Shown: positions 37,200 to 49,567 of the stretch, piece by piece
Layout: each line of letters opens with the position of its first letter
Position numbering within the stretch: the stretch's first letter is position 1
Assembly (NCBI GenBank): GCA_001600695.1
Contig: BCKQ01000014.1
Location: 255,872-319,871 of the forward strand
Direction: 5' to 3'
Origin: Ascoidea asiatica JCM 7603
Lineage: Eukaryota; Fungi; Ascomycota
DNA length: 64,000 nucleotides
Translations under genes and position numbers: made by a program
Notes under the pieces: model-generated
What the model was told of the DNA's origin: nothing
Databases searched by the model: none
What the model saw: the letters and a program-made list of their open reading frames with translations, nothing else

Positions 37200-40100
37200 A
37201 AATCTTATAGTTTTACAAATTTTATAGCTTCAGTTGATCAATAACATATTATTACATATTTTAACTCAATATTATATAATGATAACTGAAACTATTAACT
37301 CTTTCGCAACACAATTCAATCATAACATCGCTCTAAATGAATTCACGTTCAATAAAATTGATAAAGAAATTACATGAATTGCTCAACCAATCAACGACTT
37401 TAGATCTTTAGATAAAAGATTTAAAAATCAAGATTCCAATGTTGTTCAATACAGTGAGTACTTTGATGAACTAAAATCTACCATTGCTACACAAAAAATC
37501 TTATATAGATATTGTTCAAGATATGCTGACATAATAACATCGTTTTTATCTAAAAAAAAAACTGTTAATGACTGTCCTGTTCAAAATAAAACAGAAGTAC
37601 AAGTTTCTTCTGCCTCGAAAACAATGAACCCCGGTACGTCTGAAAATATTACTGGCCATTTGAATTGTAATACTACTGAAGCTGATAAGGCTAGGTTTTT
37701 CGAACCTCAAGAGAATATCAAAGAACAAATTGTAACTGCCCTATTTACCATCTGCTGTTCCCAAAATTGAAAAGCATTCACACGGTTTTTAGATCCCCAA
37801 AGTAAATAACCAAAACTTATTCAATGACCAGAATGAGGTTAAAAACTGGAGAGATGATCTTAATTAAATTCAATCTTTTGAAAGCAAGGTTGACTCTGAC
37901 GCATCTGAAATCCAAAGGCTGAAAGTGCCTTACTTCTACCTGGTATGGCTATAAACTGAGATACTTCTGCTACTCGTATGGCAGGTACTTCAATCCCTCC
38001 AAAATTAAAAGCAAACATAATAATTAAAGATAGACATATTATAGAAAACTAATTCTAAAATTACAATATATTGAGACGTACATTAAAATCGATAGGTTAA
38101 TATATGATTTCCCGGGTATGGATCTTTATATCTATATTCTGGAAACTACAAATTTAGAATGGATTAACATCGTGAAAACCATTGCAAGAAATAGTTCAAG
38201 AAATTCTTCGTGCCCTGCTGCATATGCCTTCATTCTGGGAGGCATTGACATAGATTAAAATTATAGGGCTTTAGTTCAATAATTCAAACAAATCAAACAT
38301 TCTGAAAATGAAAAACTTGTTAATCATCTTACGAGATTTATAACTTCCTATGAAAGTCTTCCTTTAAATAGTCTTTCTAGTCGTTTCCTCTGATGAACAA
38401 CCATTTCTCAAATTAAAAATAAATTTCCTCATCAAATTCAATGAGAAACAAAATTTCCCCCAACTATTGAATTATTTAATAGAGAACTCAATTGGTTCAC
38501 TGCAGGAGATGTTTTTATAGCCGTTTTTATAGCTGTTTTAAATGAAGCTCTTATTCTCAGTGATATTTATATGTTCAACAATCTTGAATATGTTATTGAT
38601 TCGAATTCCAAAATAAACTTCAATAAAATTCGTTTGACCGGCCAAACGTCTTACTTCGGTAATCTGCCAATACATTTCCGAAATTCTTGTTTCTGGTATC
38701 GAAAACACAAAACAATTTGCAAACAGGGAACCTGCGAATAGAAAATCGAATGGTAATTCCAATTCTAGATACAAAAATCAACATGACAAGAAATCTAGCT
38801 ACACGGTCCCTGAAGAAGCAGTGCAGGATGACCAACTTCAGAAAACAGAGCGTTAGCTGTCCTGGGAATCCTTGTCTGAAGATGAACACTTTAGATCAAT
38901 TAACACCAATAACAAAACGTTTCGTAATAAATACTCGAATTCTACTGTTAATGATAAAAAGATGAAAATTCCTTTTGCCACTGGTGGCGAATCCAACTAT
39001 TTTTTTGATTATTCTTTAAAACGATTTGAAATAAAAATGCTTAAAGCCTAAGTATTCAACAGTTCATGGCTTTGTAGGCGCACTGATGGTCAAGAATGAT
39101 GTCATTTTACGGCTATTCATTGAAAACGTTGGTTTTGTTGACCTTAAATGTGCGGTTTTACCATAAAGTTTAAGAACATCTCTCGATATCACTATTTGAA
39201 GTCGATTTTTTATGCCACCATATGTTTTCTGCAAATGATAATGATAAATTTTGAATTATGGTTTTTGATGATTTTGAAAAGTTTCCTTTCAAACCAGGGA
39301 GTATGCATGAACTACAAAAAGTTTACGTCTACACATGAAAACCGAATCAGAAACAGGAGTTTGATGTTAAGAAATACCCTTAGTTAAATGATCCAACTCG
39401 AAGCTGGTTATTATCAGTTTTCATTCATTTTACAAAATCGAATATTTAAAGTTTAGTTACTTACAAACTAGGTATTCATCAATTAACTCGTGCTAATTGT
39501 TGATCTAAAAAGACAACCAAATAAATTAGATAAAAGAAAACAGGGAATCGATTCCTTTTACATTATTTCTGGATTCCTACGGGGTCGCGGAGCACAATCG
39601 AGAATTGTTAGGTATTCACAAAAGCCCCGGGATTCTGGGGTAGAATCAGCGTAAGAATCAAAGTTACCTTGTAAAAAGGGTTGAAATCTTGATTTGAAAT
39701 CAATTAAGCTTCAAATTTCAATTTTATCATACTAACACCTATCAGCTCACTTTCCAGTGGGGTAGACAACCAATGTAATTGCTGGTACCCTTTAAGCCCA
39801 ATGCACCCACTAGTAATCGATTATTAAAGGACTACCTCGACTATTGTCCTGTTTATTTCGAGACTATTCGGAATAGGCAGTGGGAATTATCCCTTATCTC
39901 ACATGAAACTAGGTTTACCCATTCAAGAATCCAGGATTTTCTCCTCGGTCCGATTGGCCTTCAACATCCATCCGGATAGATGCTAAATGCTAAGTCCACT
40001 TCTACTCTCCTCGTACCGACCGGCTTATCTTCAATATGCTCTTAGAGATTTTGTATCCTTGGCTGGTACCAATGTCAAGATGTTCTTTACTTTGTCCGCT

Positions 40101-42900
40101 ATACCCGATTTAAGCGCGCATGTCCGATTCCATGTGACTGGAATATTACATGCTATACGATCATCTGTTTACCTGTGAATAGACTTATGAAGTCTAATAT
40201 AAATTGACGCATTCCTCGAGCAACTTAATGCTATTTTTTTATTGATATGAATATGTTTGCGTATTAATTCTTCTCTATGCATCACTGTATACAATGTATA
40301 GAGGTGATTTTGTACTACATGAGTTTGTTCCGGTTAATATAAATTCCTGTGTTTTACACCTTCACCTCTTAAGGTTATAAAAACCATATATGCCCTACCA
40401 TATATAGATCTCTACGATTTCCAACAGTTACCCACCTCCCTCGAAACTCTGTTCAAACATACTACCCAAACAACATCTGAATCACCAATGTATATCGGAA
40501 GCTACAACTATACTCCTCTTCTTAACAAATTCGCTGAAGCACTTCTTGAATCAAACTGAGACACTGGAGTATTTTTGAAACCAAAAGTGGTTGACCCTTT
40601 CGTTTAGTTCTTGTTCGAAAAGTTGATAAAGGTTTTTGAGTGTGTGTTGGTTATACGAAATTAACTGCCATTAGTGTTTGGCATTATATTCCTTTACATT
40701 CTACTGATATTGGTCTAAAAAATCTTAATGGTGCTAAATAGTTCACTTGCCTAATTATGATAAATAGCTTTTACTAAATTCCTTAAGATAATGATAGTAA
40801 AGCTAAAACAGCATTTTCATCCAATTCATGTCATTATGAATTTAATCTATTGGCTTTGGGCGTAGTCCATGGTACCTATACCTCCCAATCATCTATGAAA
40901 AAAATGATAGGTGATTAATTATGTTCTGCTTTTTGCTAATCATATAATTATTTATAGCCATAATAAGTTAGAGGAACATTGTTCAAGTTAATGAGGTCAT
41001 TACTCAACCTGAAAAAGAAAAACATTTTAAATGTCAAGAAGTCTAAATTCTTTTGCATGGATGTTAAATTTTCAGGGCATATTCTTTCCTCTGAAGAACT
41101 AAAAACTGATCGGACAAAGATTAACAAGATCTTAGATTGGCCATTACCAAAGTCAATTATTACTTTAAGAGGTTTTACTAATATATGTTGATATTATCGA
41201 AACTTTAAGTGAAATTTTTCTCAACAGATAATCTATCCTACTGTTTCATTTTTTGGCGCCCCTAAACAAGGAACAAAAATTGAACTAAATCTTTCTCTGA
41301 TTCAAGCACTCACAACAATGTACAAAATCATTAACTACTGCTCCTGTCTAAAAAGTATTTTGTCCTCAGAAAGTTGCAATCCTACAAACTGATGCTTCAG
41401 ATATTGCCTTGGGTTTGGTATTACTCCAACCATATATACAATAGAGCACTAAAAAAATTCGAAGGTATCTTCTTCATTTTGAATCAAGAATATTTTCAAA
41501 ATCGGAACAAAAGTATTCTGGTCAACACCAAGAACTTTTGCCAGTTGTTCATTCATTGATTCATTGTCCATATAATGAACTATGCAAAATTAATTTAACA
41601 CCTGATCATCAATCTGTTCAATATATTACAGCTAAATCCGCTCCCTGAAATAGAGTTATAACATTTATTAAACTCATTTAACATTATTTTTTTGATATTC
41701 AATATAAGAATAGAAAACAAATTGTTTTTTCTAAGTTACTCTCCTTAAAAACTGTTTTGGTTGTTAAATATGAATTGAAAACTTAATGGAAATTGATGAA
41801 CTTAGTGAAAGTGCAACTAAAATAAAAACTCACAAAACCATTAAGGATTTCTGTGAAGTTGGTCTTAGTAAAATTAAAGAATATCTTTAAAATAAACAAC
41901 TTTTCAAAAATCTGTAGTCCAGATTTATCTTTTCTTACTTTATGTTTTAGGAGAATGAACTTCAGATTACACTTGAAGCTCATTCACGTACTGTTTTCAG
42001 TGACGAAATGTTACAGAAGTTTCTTGAAAGTTCCTCCTTCCGATTCTCAAGGTTCCATTGGAAATTTAGCAAACGGAGTGAATGAGAAATTCTTTCACCC
42101 TGCTATTTTATTATCTCGTCAAATTATTACAGATTGTCTTCATTGCCAACCTGTCAAAAAGCCATCTGTTTTCACTAACAAATTCACTGCAATTCCTGTT
42201 ACAAACAGCTTTTACTATATGGGATGGATTAGTTTTTTGCTCTTCAAAATAAATCTTCTGTTAGTAAATATTGTGTTACTGCCATTGATTATGGTACACT
42301 TTATGCTTCTGTGGTTCCACTACCGGATTGTGGTTAATTAAAAGTTTTAAATTTAGTACAACCTAGAGTCCCAAAGCATTGTCAAATGTACCAAACTAGC
42401 ATGGGTAGTACTTCTCGTTTTGTTTCAAACAATATTATTGAACTTGTTCCTCAAGCCCCCAAACAACCCAACACCACAACATATATCCCAGAAATTAATT
42501 GTAAATGTGTAACGTTTGATCCAATCTTCAGCCAAATTCTATTGAAGTTGAATAATTTCCTACAATGGGAACTTCTAAACATGGCTTTATTGATTTAGTA
42601 CAGGTTCCAAAAACAGAAATTTGGATTTGTAGTGTGCTTGCCTGCTTTTGGTTTTAGCGCAGGTTTAAACAGTAGTACGCTAAGATATTCAACATGACCT
42701 AAAATACGGCTCTCCAAAAGATCCCAAAGTAAAACCGAAAAATGGAATGCCAATATACGAAAAGGAAGCTGTCTCAGACATCAACTTTGACAACTCAAAT
42801 ACCGACCCGAAACTTTGCAAAGACCGATAGTGCATTAAAAGATTTTTTGTTGGCGATTCTGTTTTCAGCTATCAGTGGAATAGTATGGTGCTAATGTATG
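37200..42900 (+). mobile_element. Decayed Ty3/gypsy element (gag-PR-RT-RH-IN); boundaries approximate
   Basis: PR remnant FATGGESNY at ~38975; RT LVRKVDKGF*VCVGYTKL...KAKTAF...HYEF at 40610-40850; KILDWPLPKS; RNase H LQTDASDIALGLVLLQ at ~41380; PDHQSV; integrase H...CLHCQ at ~42095-42150. The RT-RH-IN order is gypsy type. Confidence 0.88.
39412..40426 (-). mobile_element. LTR copy C, solo LTR inserted in the gypsy pol gene
   Basis: Colinear with copy B, ends TTCCAACA; flanked by GTTAT (39407-39411) and GTTAC (40427-40431); removing it restores gypsy frame IQLEAGY|PPPSK. Confidence 0.85.
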
Positions 42901-45900
42901 TGTATGCTTACTTACCGCTGAAGTGGTTTCATAAAAATGTTGATACGCGTGCAACATCTCGCTGTTAAATCACAATTAACGTAAATAGTAGTAAGTTCAT
43001 CCTTAGTCTGTAGCCTCACTGTTCATTATCAAAGTCTTTTAAAATTGGGAACTAGTTATAAATAGTAATGCGCAATGGTTGAGTGGAGCACGCAGAGCCC
43101 TTGACCTGCAAAGGTGGCCCGATGGCGATGTGAAGCACTGCCCGTTTTCACAGTAGGTGTTGGAAAACATGTGCGGGTATTTTACTGTTTCAGCAGAAAC
43201 CGTCGGAAACGTCCAACTATCGCGATTGTGCTCAAAATGTTTTGTTGGTCTTACCTTGCTTTAACCACATCAGTGGCTGTCGCATGTTTTTATTTTTCCG
43301 TAAAGTTTGCTGTGCCGCTCATATATACATAGCATTCTTGGTGCTCTGAATATTACAGGATAATTCCCTGCACCAGTTTCGAGTTTTTTTCAAGTATAAA
43401 AATATATTTTTCACAAATGGATTTCGAACTTTTGCTGCATATGGTTACGCCCCTCTGGTTTCCAGTAATGAGAATCGGTTCTTTCAACCTCAATTGTGTT
43501 TATCCAAATGGTACATATTTTAAGTTTTAATTAATAATTGATTTCATTTGATTTCGATTTTTTTCCAGGAATACTAAATTGATTTGTTAGAACTCAAATT
43601 AATTTGGAAATTTAAACATGTTTCCCTTGTTGTAAAAATGCAGATATAACTCTCAGACGTTTTGATAGCCCATTCAGGTTGTACAAACAAAACAGTCTGC
43701 TCCTGGCAGTGAGTACCAAAAAGCACAGTTTGACAAACAGTTCTGTAAGTACAAAATGGAGAATAGAAGTTTTTTAGTCCTTACTCAATCTACGTAACCT
43801 CAATTTAGATCGAAAGGGTCATTCGACAAGTGTAATGTTTTTTTTATCGGAGGTCCTAAAGATCTGTCAGTTAGGCCATCTAAATGAAATTGATATCTTA
43901 AAGAAAAACAACAACAATTGAAATTCTTTTCTACTAAAGCTGTAAATAAGAAACAAATCGTTCGAGATATGTGTATACCAAAATACAGTGGAACACATAA
44001 CGCTTAATAATTAATTAAAATTTATAGGTCGACATGGGGCTCGAGCATTATGCCCCTAGCGCTCCGACTGACATCTAAGGTAAAGCTGTTTTGCACGTCA
44101 TTATGATTGCTGTTACTGAACAGCACAATTAAAAAAAGCTGTTGAAATTTTGACATGTTTCTATTTTTCAATACAAATAAAGCAACCAAAAAACCCTCGA
44201 TTATATTAGTGATTTCAGGGAACGTAATAGTAAGCATAATTTTTGTTTTTATTAGCTAATACAGTCTGCATATAAATGATAAAGATAATTGTCTTAATGT
44301 CAAGTATTTGCCATGGGCCTTTGGATTTTAAAAAAAATGATTGTCGTTTGGAATTCTTAATCCAGCTGTATCCAACAACTAATATTGTACCACTAATCTA
44401 AAGAGTGAAAATTGAGCTTCCCACTACCACACAACCCCAATGGGTGCTAGACAAACTGTATTTTCTGATTATCGGTTCATTACAAAAGTGGGCTTCGCTG
44501 ATCACTCACTAAGTTTTAACCTTTTTAGAATGTTTTAGTATTTTTCAATAGCATTTACAAAAACACAACATCTGGTTCCTAGGAAATCAGAAATTCATAT
44601 TACTTTTAATGGTCCTCGAATAGTTATATTTTTGCTAGCACTCTCCACATTTTCAATACAATAAGGAGAATAATTTGCGGATTTTGTAAAACTGTTCTAA
44701 CTACTACAACTGTCTCAGATCTTATCATTTGTTAAACATTATTTAGTCACAGTTTCCAATCATCTGTCCGATTACCGCTTGCTCTGACAGAAACTAATTA
44801 GTTGCTAACGGATTACAAATTCGAAGCAATGAATCGGCATTTTAATAGCTAATCTAGTTGCCGCTCACAAAGTATAAAATATAAGTGCATTTTGTCTTAA
44901 TGATGCCACGGGTTTTAAAAACATGAAAAGGTTTTATGTTTGGAGATTTTTAATTTAATTAGTTGTCTAGAACATCAACCAAAAATGTGGGTGATTTTGT
45001 GACTCTTTAAAACAGATGTGACATGTTATCCAGCTGACATTGTTAGGTAAACTGGCTTAACGACAGAGTGGCTTTTTTAGACAAATTTAATTTACCGAGT
45101 ATCAGGTTTTTGGTAATGGTTACGAATGCACTTCGGCTCACCACAGTTATGTTAATGCTAACATAATTAAGATCGCTGATAAAAATAACAAGCAAGTTAC
45201 CCTGTAAAAATAATGGATTTTGTCTTGCATAGAACATGCAAAATCAATTGTGATTACTACCCTTTAAATCATAAAATTGTGAAGCAACATTTTTTCAGCT
45301 ATTATGTTTTTTTATAGATTATTACTTCTCGCTTTATTAGACATTTTCGAATTTGTATTTGACTAAAACGTGTGTGATCTAAAAGACCATTTAATTAAAT
45401 CTAACTATTCACAACTATAATTAAATTTATCTCTTATAAATATCAATTAAATTATTCTTATATGTCATATAGATAATATCCTGGGTTTCTGTGTAATCTT
45501 TCGAATATATGTTTGTTAGTAAATTTTGGTTTTTTTTTCATTTTTTTTATAGAAAATTTATTACCATGATAAAATCAAAATTTACAAAAGTAAAATGGAC
45601 AATTCTACATTTTTGTCCATTACCCAAAAACCTTGGCTGTTTCATGTAAGTCTCCCACAACACACGTTCCGCATGTGTGGTGACATATTTGGTCTTATCA
45701 GAAATCTAATAGTATTGTACAAAAATGCGGAATCTGTTTTATATGTGATTATTACAAAAGTGCTGAGTGTAAGTAAACATTATTGAAAACTTTGTAATTG
45801 TTTACTAGAAATGCGGGAGTTTGTTTATATTTAGCAAGCACATTAGAATTAATACAAAGTTGTTAAACAAAGTAACATGTTTCTGTGAACTTTTACAATT

Positions 45901-46707
45901 TTTCAATCATGCGGAGTACAGTGCGGGATTTCATAGGAACTTTGAAATTATTACAAAGTTTTTAAACATTATCATTTTGCACTTAGAACTTTGCCATGGT
46001 AGCAAATAGCCATTAGTATTACCCGTGATGCTATGTTAATCTCAATCCGCAAATTGGTATTGCGGACCAATGAGCCAGACTTGTACTAGCTAATCTAAGT
46101 TCTACCCACGGAGCAGCAGGTTTTTGGTAATTATTACCAAAAAACTTAGGTTTATATTTTAGTACCTAAATCATTGTCCCTTTATGAAAACCGTGAATAA
46201 TCAACATTATTGTGTTAGTAAATAAAGTATGCGTAAGAAAGAGCTCCCTTTTGCATATTAGGATTCTCTTAGATTTCAAATTGCTTGTTCTATTGACGAC
46301 AAAATCCATTTTTGTTTGCAGGGTAACTTCCTTGTTCTTTTCATCAGCGATGTTATCCACTTTATGAGGTGGTTACATAATCAACAAAATTTCTCGACTA
46401 TGGAGGAATTGGAAATCGGGAGAAAAAATAAAACATGATCGCATTGCCGAGAATTATCAGAATGAAATCATTAATATCGAGCGGTCAATAAAATTAGGTT
46501 GCGTGTGACTGGTAAGTGTGGCGCAGTACAGATATTTTCTTTTAGTGTCCAGATGAAATACTAATATAAATATTCTTTCCTCACTCATCTCATTTATCTG
46601 AACTTAACTATTAATTTTTTACATATTTGAGCACCATTTTATCTATCATAGTATATCAATAATTTAAATTAAAACTACTGACGAAAGATTATTATTTACA
46701 TTAACAC

Positions 46708-47280
46708 ATGGCTTCACAAGATAATCCCCCCATTGTTCCTTCTGGTTGGAAGGCAGTCTGGGATAATCAATATAAAACTTTTTTTTATGTCAATTTATCA
46801 ACAAATCAATCTCAATGGGAAGCACCAAAATTAGATACAAAATCAGATATTAGACCACCAGTGGAAGCTCCACCTTCCTATAGTCAAGCTCAACAAGCAC
46901 CTCAAGAAAAAAGTAAATCTTCGTTGAAAAGTAGATTGTTTGGTAGATCAAATCATCAACAACAATATCCTCAGCAATATCAACAACAACCACAAAATCA
47001 ACAATATGGTCAACAGTATCCTCAACAACAATACCAACAAACCGCACAACAACAACAATATCCTCAACAATATCAACAACAGCCACAGTATTATCAACAA
47101 CCTCAAAGGCAAAAGAAAAGTGGATTTGGTATGGGTGGTGCTGCTTTAGGTCTTGGTACTGGTTTATTGGGCGGTGCTTTATTAGCAAATGCATTTGATG
47201 ATGATTTTGATGGTCCACCAGGAGGTGGTGATTATGGTGGTGATGATTTTGGTGGCGATGACTTTGGTGGCGACTGGTAA
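46708..47280 (+). CDS. WWM1: WW-domain protein Wwm1
   Basis: PPIVPSGWKAVWD..Y.TFFYVNLSTNQSQWEAP, PPSY, Q/Y-rich middle, GLGTGLLGGALLANAF. Confidence 0.92.
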   Translation: MASQDNPPIVPSGWKAVWDNQYKTFFYVNLSTNQSQWEAPKLDTKSDIRPPVEAPPSYSQAQQAPQEKSKSSLKSRLFGRSNHQQQYPQQYQQQPQNQQYGQQYPQQQYQQTAQQQQYPQQYQQQPQYYQQPQRQKKSGFGMGGAALGLGTGLLGGALLANAFDDDFDGPPGGGDYGGDDFGGDDFGGDW

Positions 47281-47663
47281 TCAATCCTTCTCTTCCTTAC
47301 TTACATATTTTAGTTAACTTATATTTATGTCTTTTTTGTTTTTTCTATCTGTTTTCTTTATTTTGTCTTATTTTCTATTTTCTATTTTCTATTTTCTATG
47401 TCTCTTAATATTCTTTTTTCTCTAATAAATTATTATTTTTGGTAAAGCTGAATTCTGTTTATGACGTCGTCTTATTGTCTCTCCCTTGATCTGTATTTTG
47501 AACAGAATTTAATCCGAAAACCCACCTTTGTGGATCTTCTTATTGGCCTACGAAATTTAGATTCAAATATAATAATAAATTTGATAAATTGAATAACAGG
47601 AAATTAAAATTATAGAATTTAATTATTTATTTCAACTACTTTAAGTAAATATTCATTTTTAAA

Positions 47664-49388
47664 ATGCCAAAAATTACTAATTATAATGTCAAAAAAATCC
47701 ATAATCATAACAAGAATAACAAAGATGATTCACTAACTTTATTAAAGTGGCTTAATAATGAAGAATATTTTGAGATCAGACAAATTTTATTAAATTCAGT
47801 TTATAAAATTAAAAATAAAAGATTTAATTTTTTAAATTTTTTAAATTTTGTAATTTCAATAATCTTCAAAAAATTTTTAAATTTAAATTCGTTTTTCAAA
47901 ACATTTGAATTGAATTCAATTTTAAGTAATAATAATCATCCAATATTCAATTACAAATTAAATATTTTACTTTTTTTAAATAATTATTTATTGATAAATG
48001 ATGATAATAGTAGTGACTTAATAAAGAATTTAGATGCAATTATAAATTTATTGAATAAAATCATCAATTCAAACCTTAAAAATCAATTTATTTCTAAAAA
48101 TTTCAATCAAATTTTAGATATATATTTAATTTTTAAAAATTATATTAATTTAAATGATATACTTTTCAATAATAATAATGATAAAAACAGTTCTAATAAA
48201 AAAGAAATCTTAGATTTAATCGATAATAAAGATAATTTACAATTAATGAATTTAAGAAATGAAATAAACTTATTGAAAGATAGTGAAACAGATAATGACT
48301 TGCTAATTTACTATAATGATTTGGTAAATAATATTGATTTAAAACTATTAATATTTAAAATTAATAGTTTATCAAATCAATTTATTCATATAAAATCATT
48401 AATTATTAATAGTGAGGATATTGATGATTATGAATATGATGATAGTCTACAGGAAGATTGTAAGGAGCATAAAGAATATATAAAACATAAGAATCAGATA
48501 CAAGATAAAAAAGATGAAGATATTTCGGAAAATAGTAAAATAGAAGACAAAGAAGAGAAACAAACTCATAGAAAAGATTTTAAGGAATATCCTAAAGAAG
48601 ATCTTAAGGAAGATTTTAAAGAAGATTTCAAAGATCTTATCGAACAGAGACACACTAAAAAAGAGAAAGACAATATTCATGTTAATGATGATGATGATGA
48701 AAGAACCAAAAAATATAATCAATTGGAAAATCTTCTAATTATAAATAAAGAAGAAAGAAGAAATCTTTTGATTGATATATCACCAGTTTTAAAAAATAAA
48801 TTAAAGCCAAGATTTTATACTTTAATCTATTTAGACTATGATTGGAATAAATATAATAAAATTCATTATAATTTAATGAATAAAAATCCTCCACCAAAAT
48901 ATGTTAATGGTTATTCATTTAAAATCTATTATCCAAATTTACATCCAATGCAAATTCCAACTTTTTCAATTAAAGATGAATCACAAACGTCAAAAGAATC
49001 AAATTCTATGATTGATCCATATTTAAAGAAATATTCAAGAATTGGTGATAAATATTGTATCATAACTTTTTATCTAATCAAAAATAAAAATAATTTATCT
49101 AACTTCATTGAAACAAGCAGTTCAAATAATAATAATAATTACAGATATAATAACAATCATTTTCAATTCAAAAAAAAGCAAAAACAATATATAAATACTA
49201 ATAATATTAATAATAATAACAATAACAGTAATTTCAGTAATAATAAATATATTGAGAATTATGATGAAATTTCCTTTAAAATTATTAAAAGAGATTGGGA
49301 TAGATCTTCAAATTTTTTTAAAAGTAAGTTTGAAAATAATATACTTGAAGTTAATTTTAAATTCAAGAAATTCTTTTATAGAAAATAG
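47664..49388 (+). CDS. Cactin-family splicing factor (C-terminal CactinC domain)
   Basis: KPRF...YDWNKYNKIHY...NPPPKYVNGYSFKIYYPNL, YDEISFKII.RDWD, F...FENNILEVNFKFKKFFYRK. Confidence 0.85.
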   Translation: MPKITNYNVKKIHNHNKNNKDDSLTLLKWLNNEEYFEIRQILLNSVYKIKNKRFNFLNFLNFVISIIFKKFLNLNSFFKTFELNSILSNNNHPIFNYKLNILLFLNNYLLINDDNSSDLIKNLDAIINLLNKIINSNLKNQFISKNFNQILDIYLIFKNYINLNDILFNNNNDKNSSNKKEILDLIDNKDNLQLMNLRNEINLLKDSETDNDLLIYYNDLVNNIDLKLLIFKINSLSNQFIHIKSLIINSEDIDDYEYDDSLQEDCKEHKEYIKHKNQIQDKKDEDISENSKIEDKEEKQTHRKDFKEYPKEDLKEDFKEDFKDLIEQRHTKKEKDNIHVNDDDDERTKKYNQLENLLIINKEERRNLLIDISPVLKNKLKPRFYTLIYLDYDWNKYNKIHYNLMNKNPPPKYVNGYSFKIYYPNLHPMQIPTFSIKDESQTSKESNSMIDPYLKKYSRIGDKYCIITFYLIKNKNNLSNFIETSSSNNNNNYRYNNNHFQFKKKQKQYINTNNINNNNNNSNFSNNKYIENYDEISFKIIKRDWDRSSNFFKSKFENNILEVNFKFKKFFYRK

Positions 49389-49567
49389 AAGATAATTAAA
49401 TGTTTTTTTCTAAAAAATCTATATAATCTATATAATATTTAAATGTATGATAAAATTGTATTAAAAAATAGTTTAAAAAACTGTAAATGAAACTTTATAA
49501 GAAACTGAATGAATTAAAAATTAAATGAGTTAAGAAAAAATGTTCAAAATAGGAAGTAGTAGCAATT

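Larger units (their letters stand above)
29700..46600. other. 17-kb host-gene-free retroelement island; candidate regional centromere
   Basis: No intact host ORF; nested decayed LTR elements; flanked by orthologs of S. cerevisiae centromere-adjacent genes. Confidence 0.55.

Noticed and set aside
32679-40178. Short ORFs inside the LTR copies and the 34.7-35.5 kb segment
   Set aside because: Frames are not conserved between homologous copies
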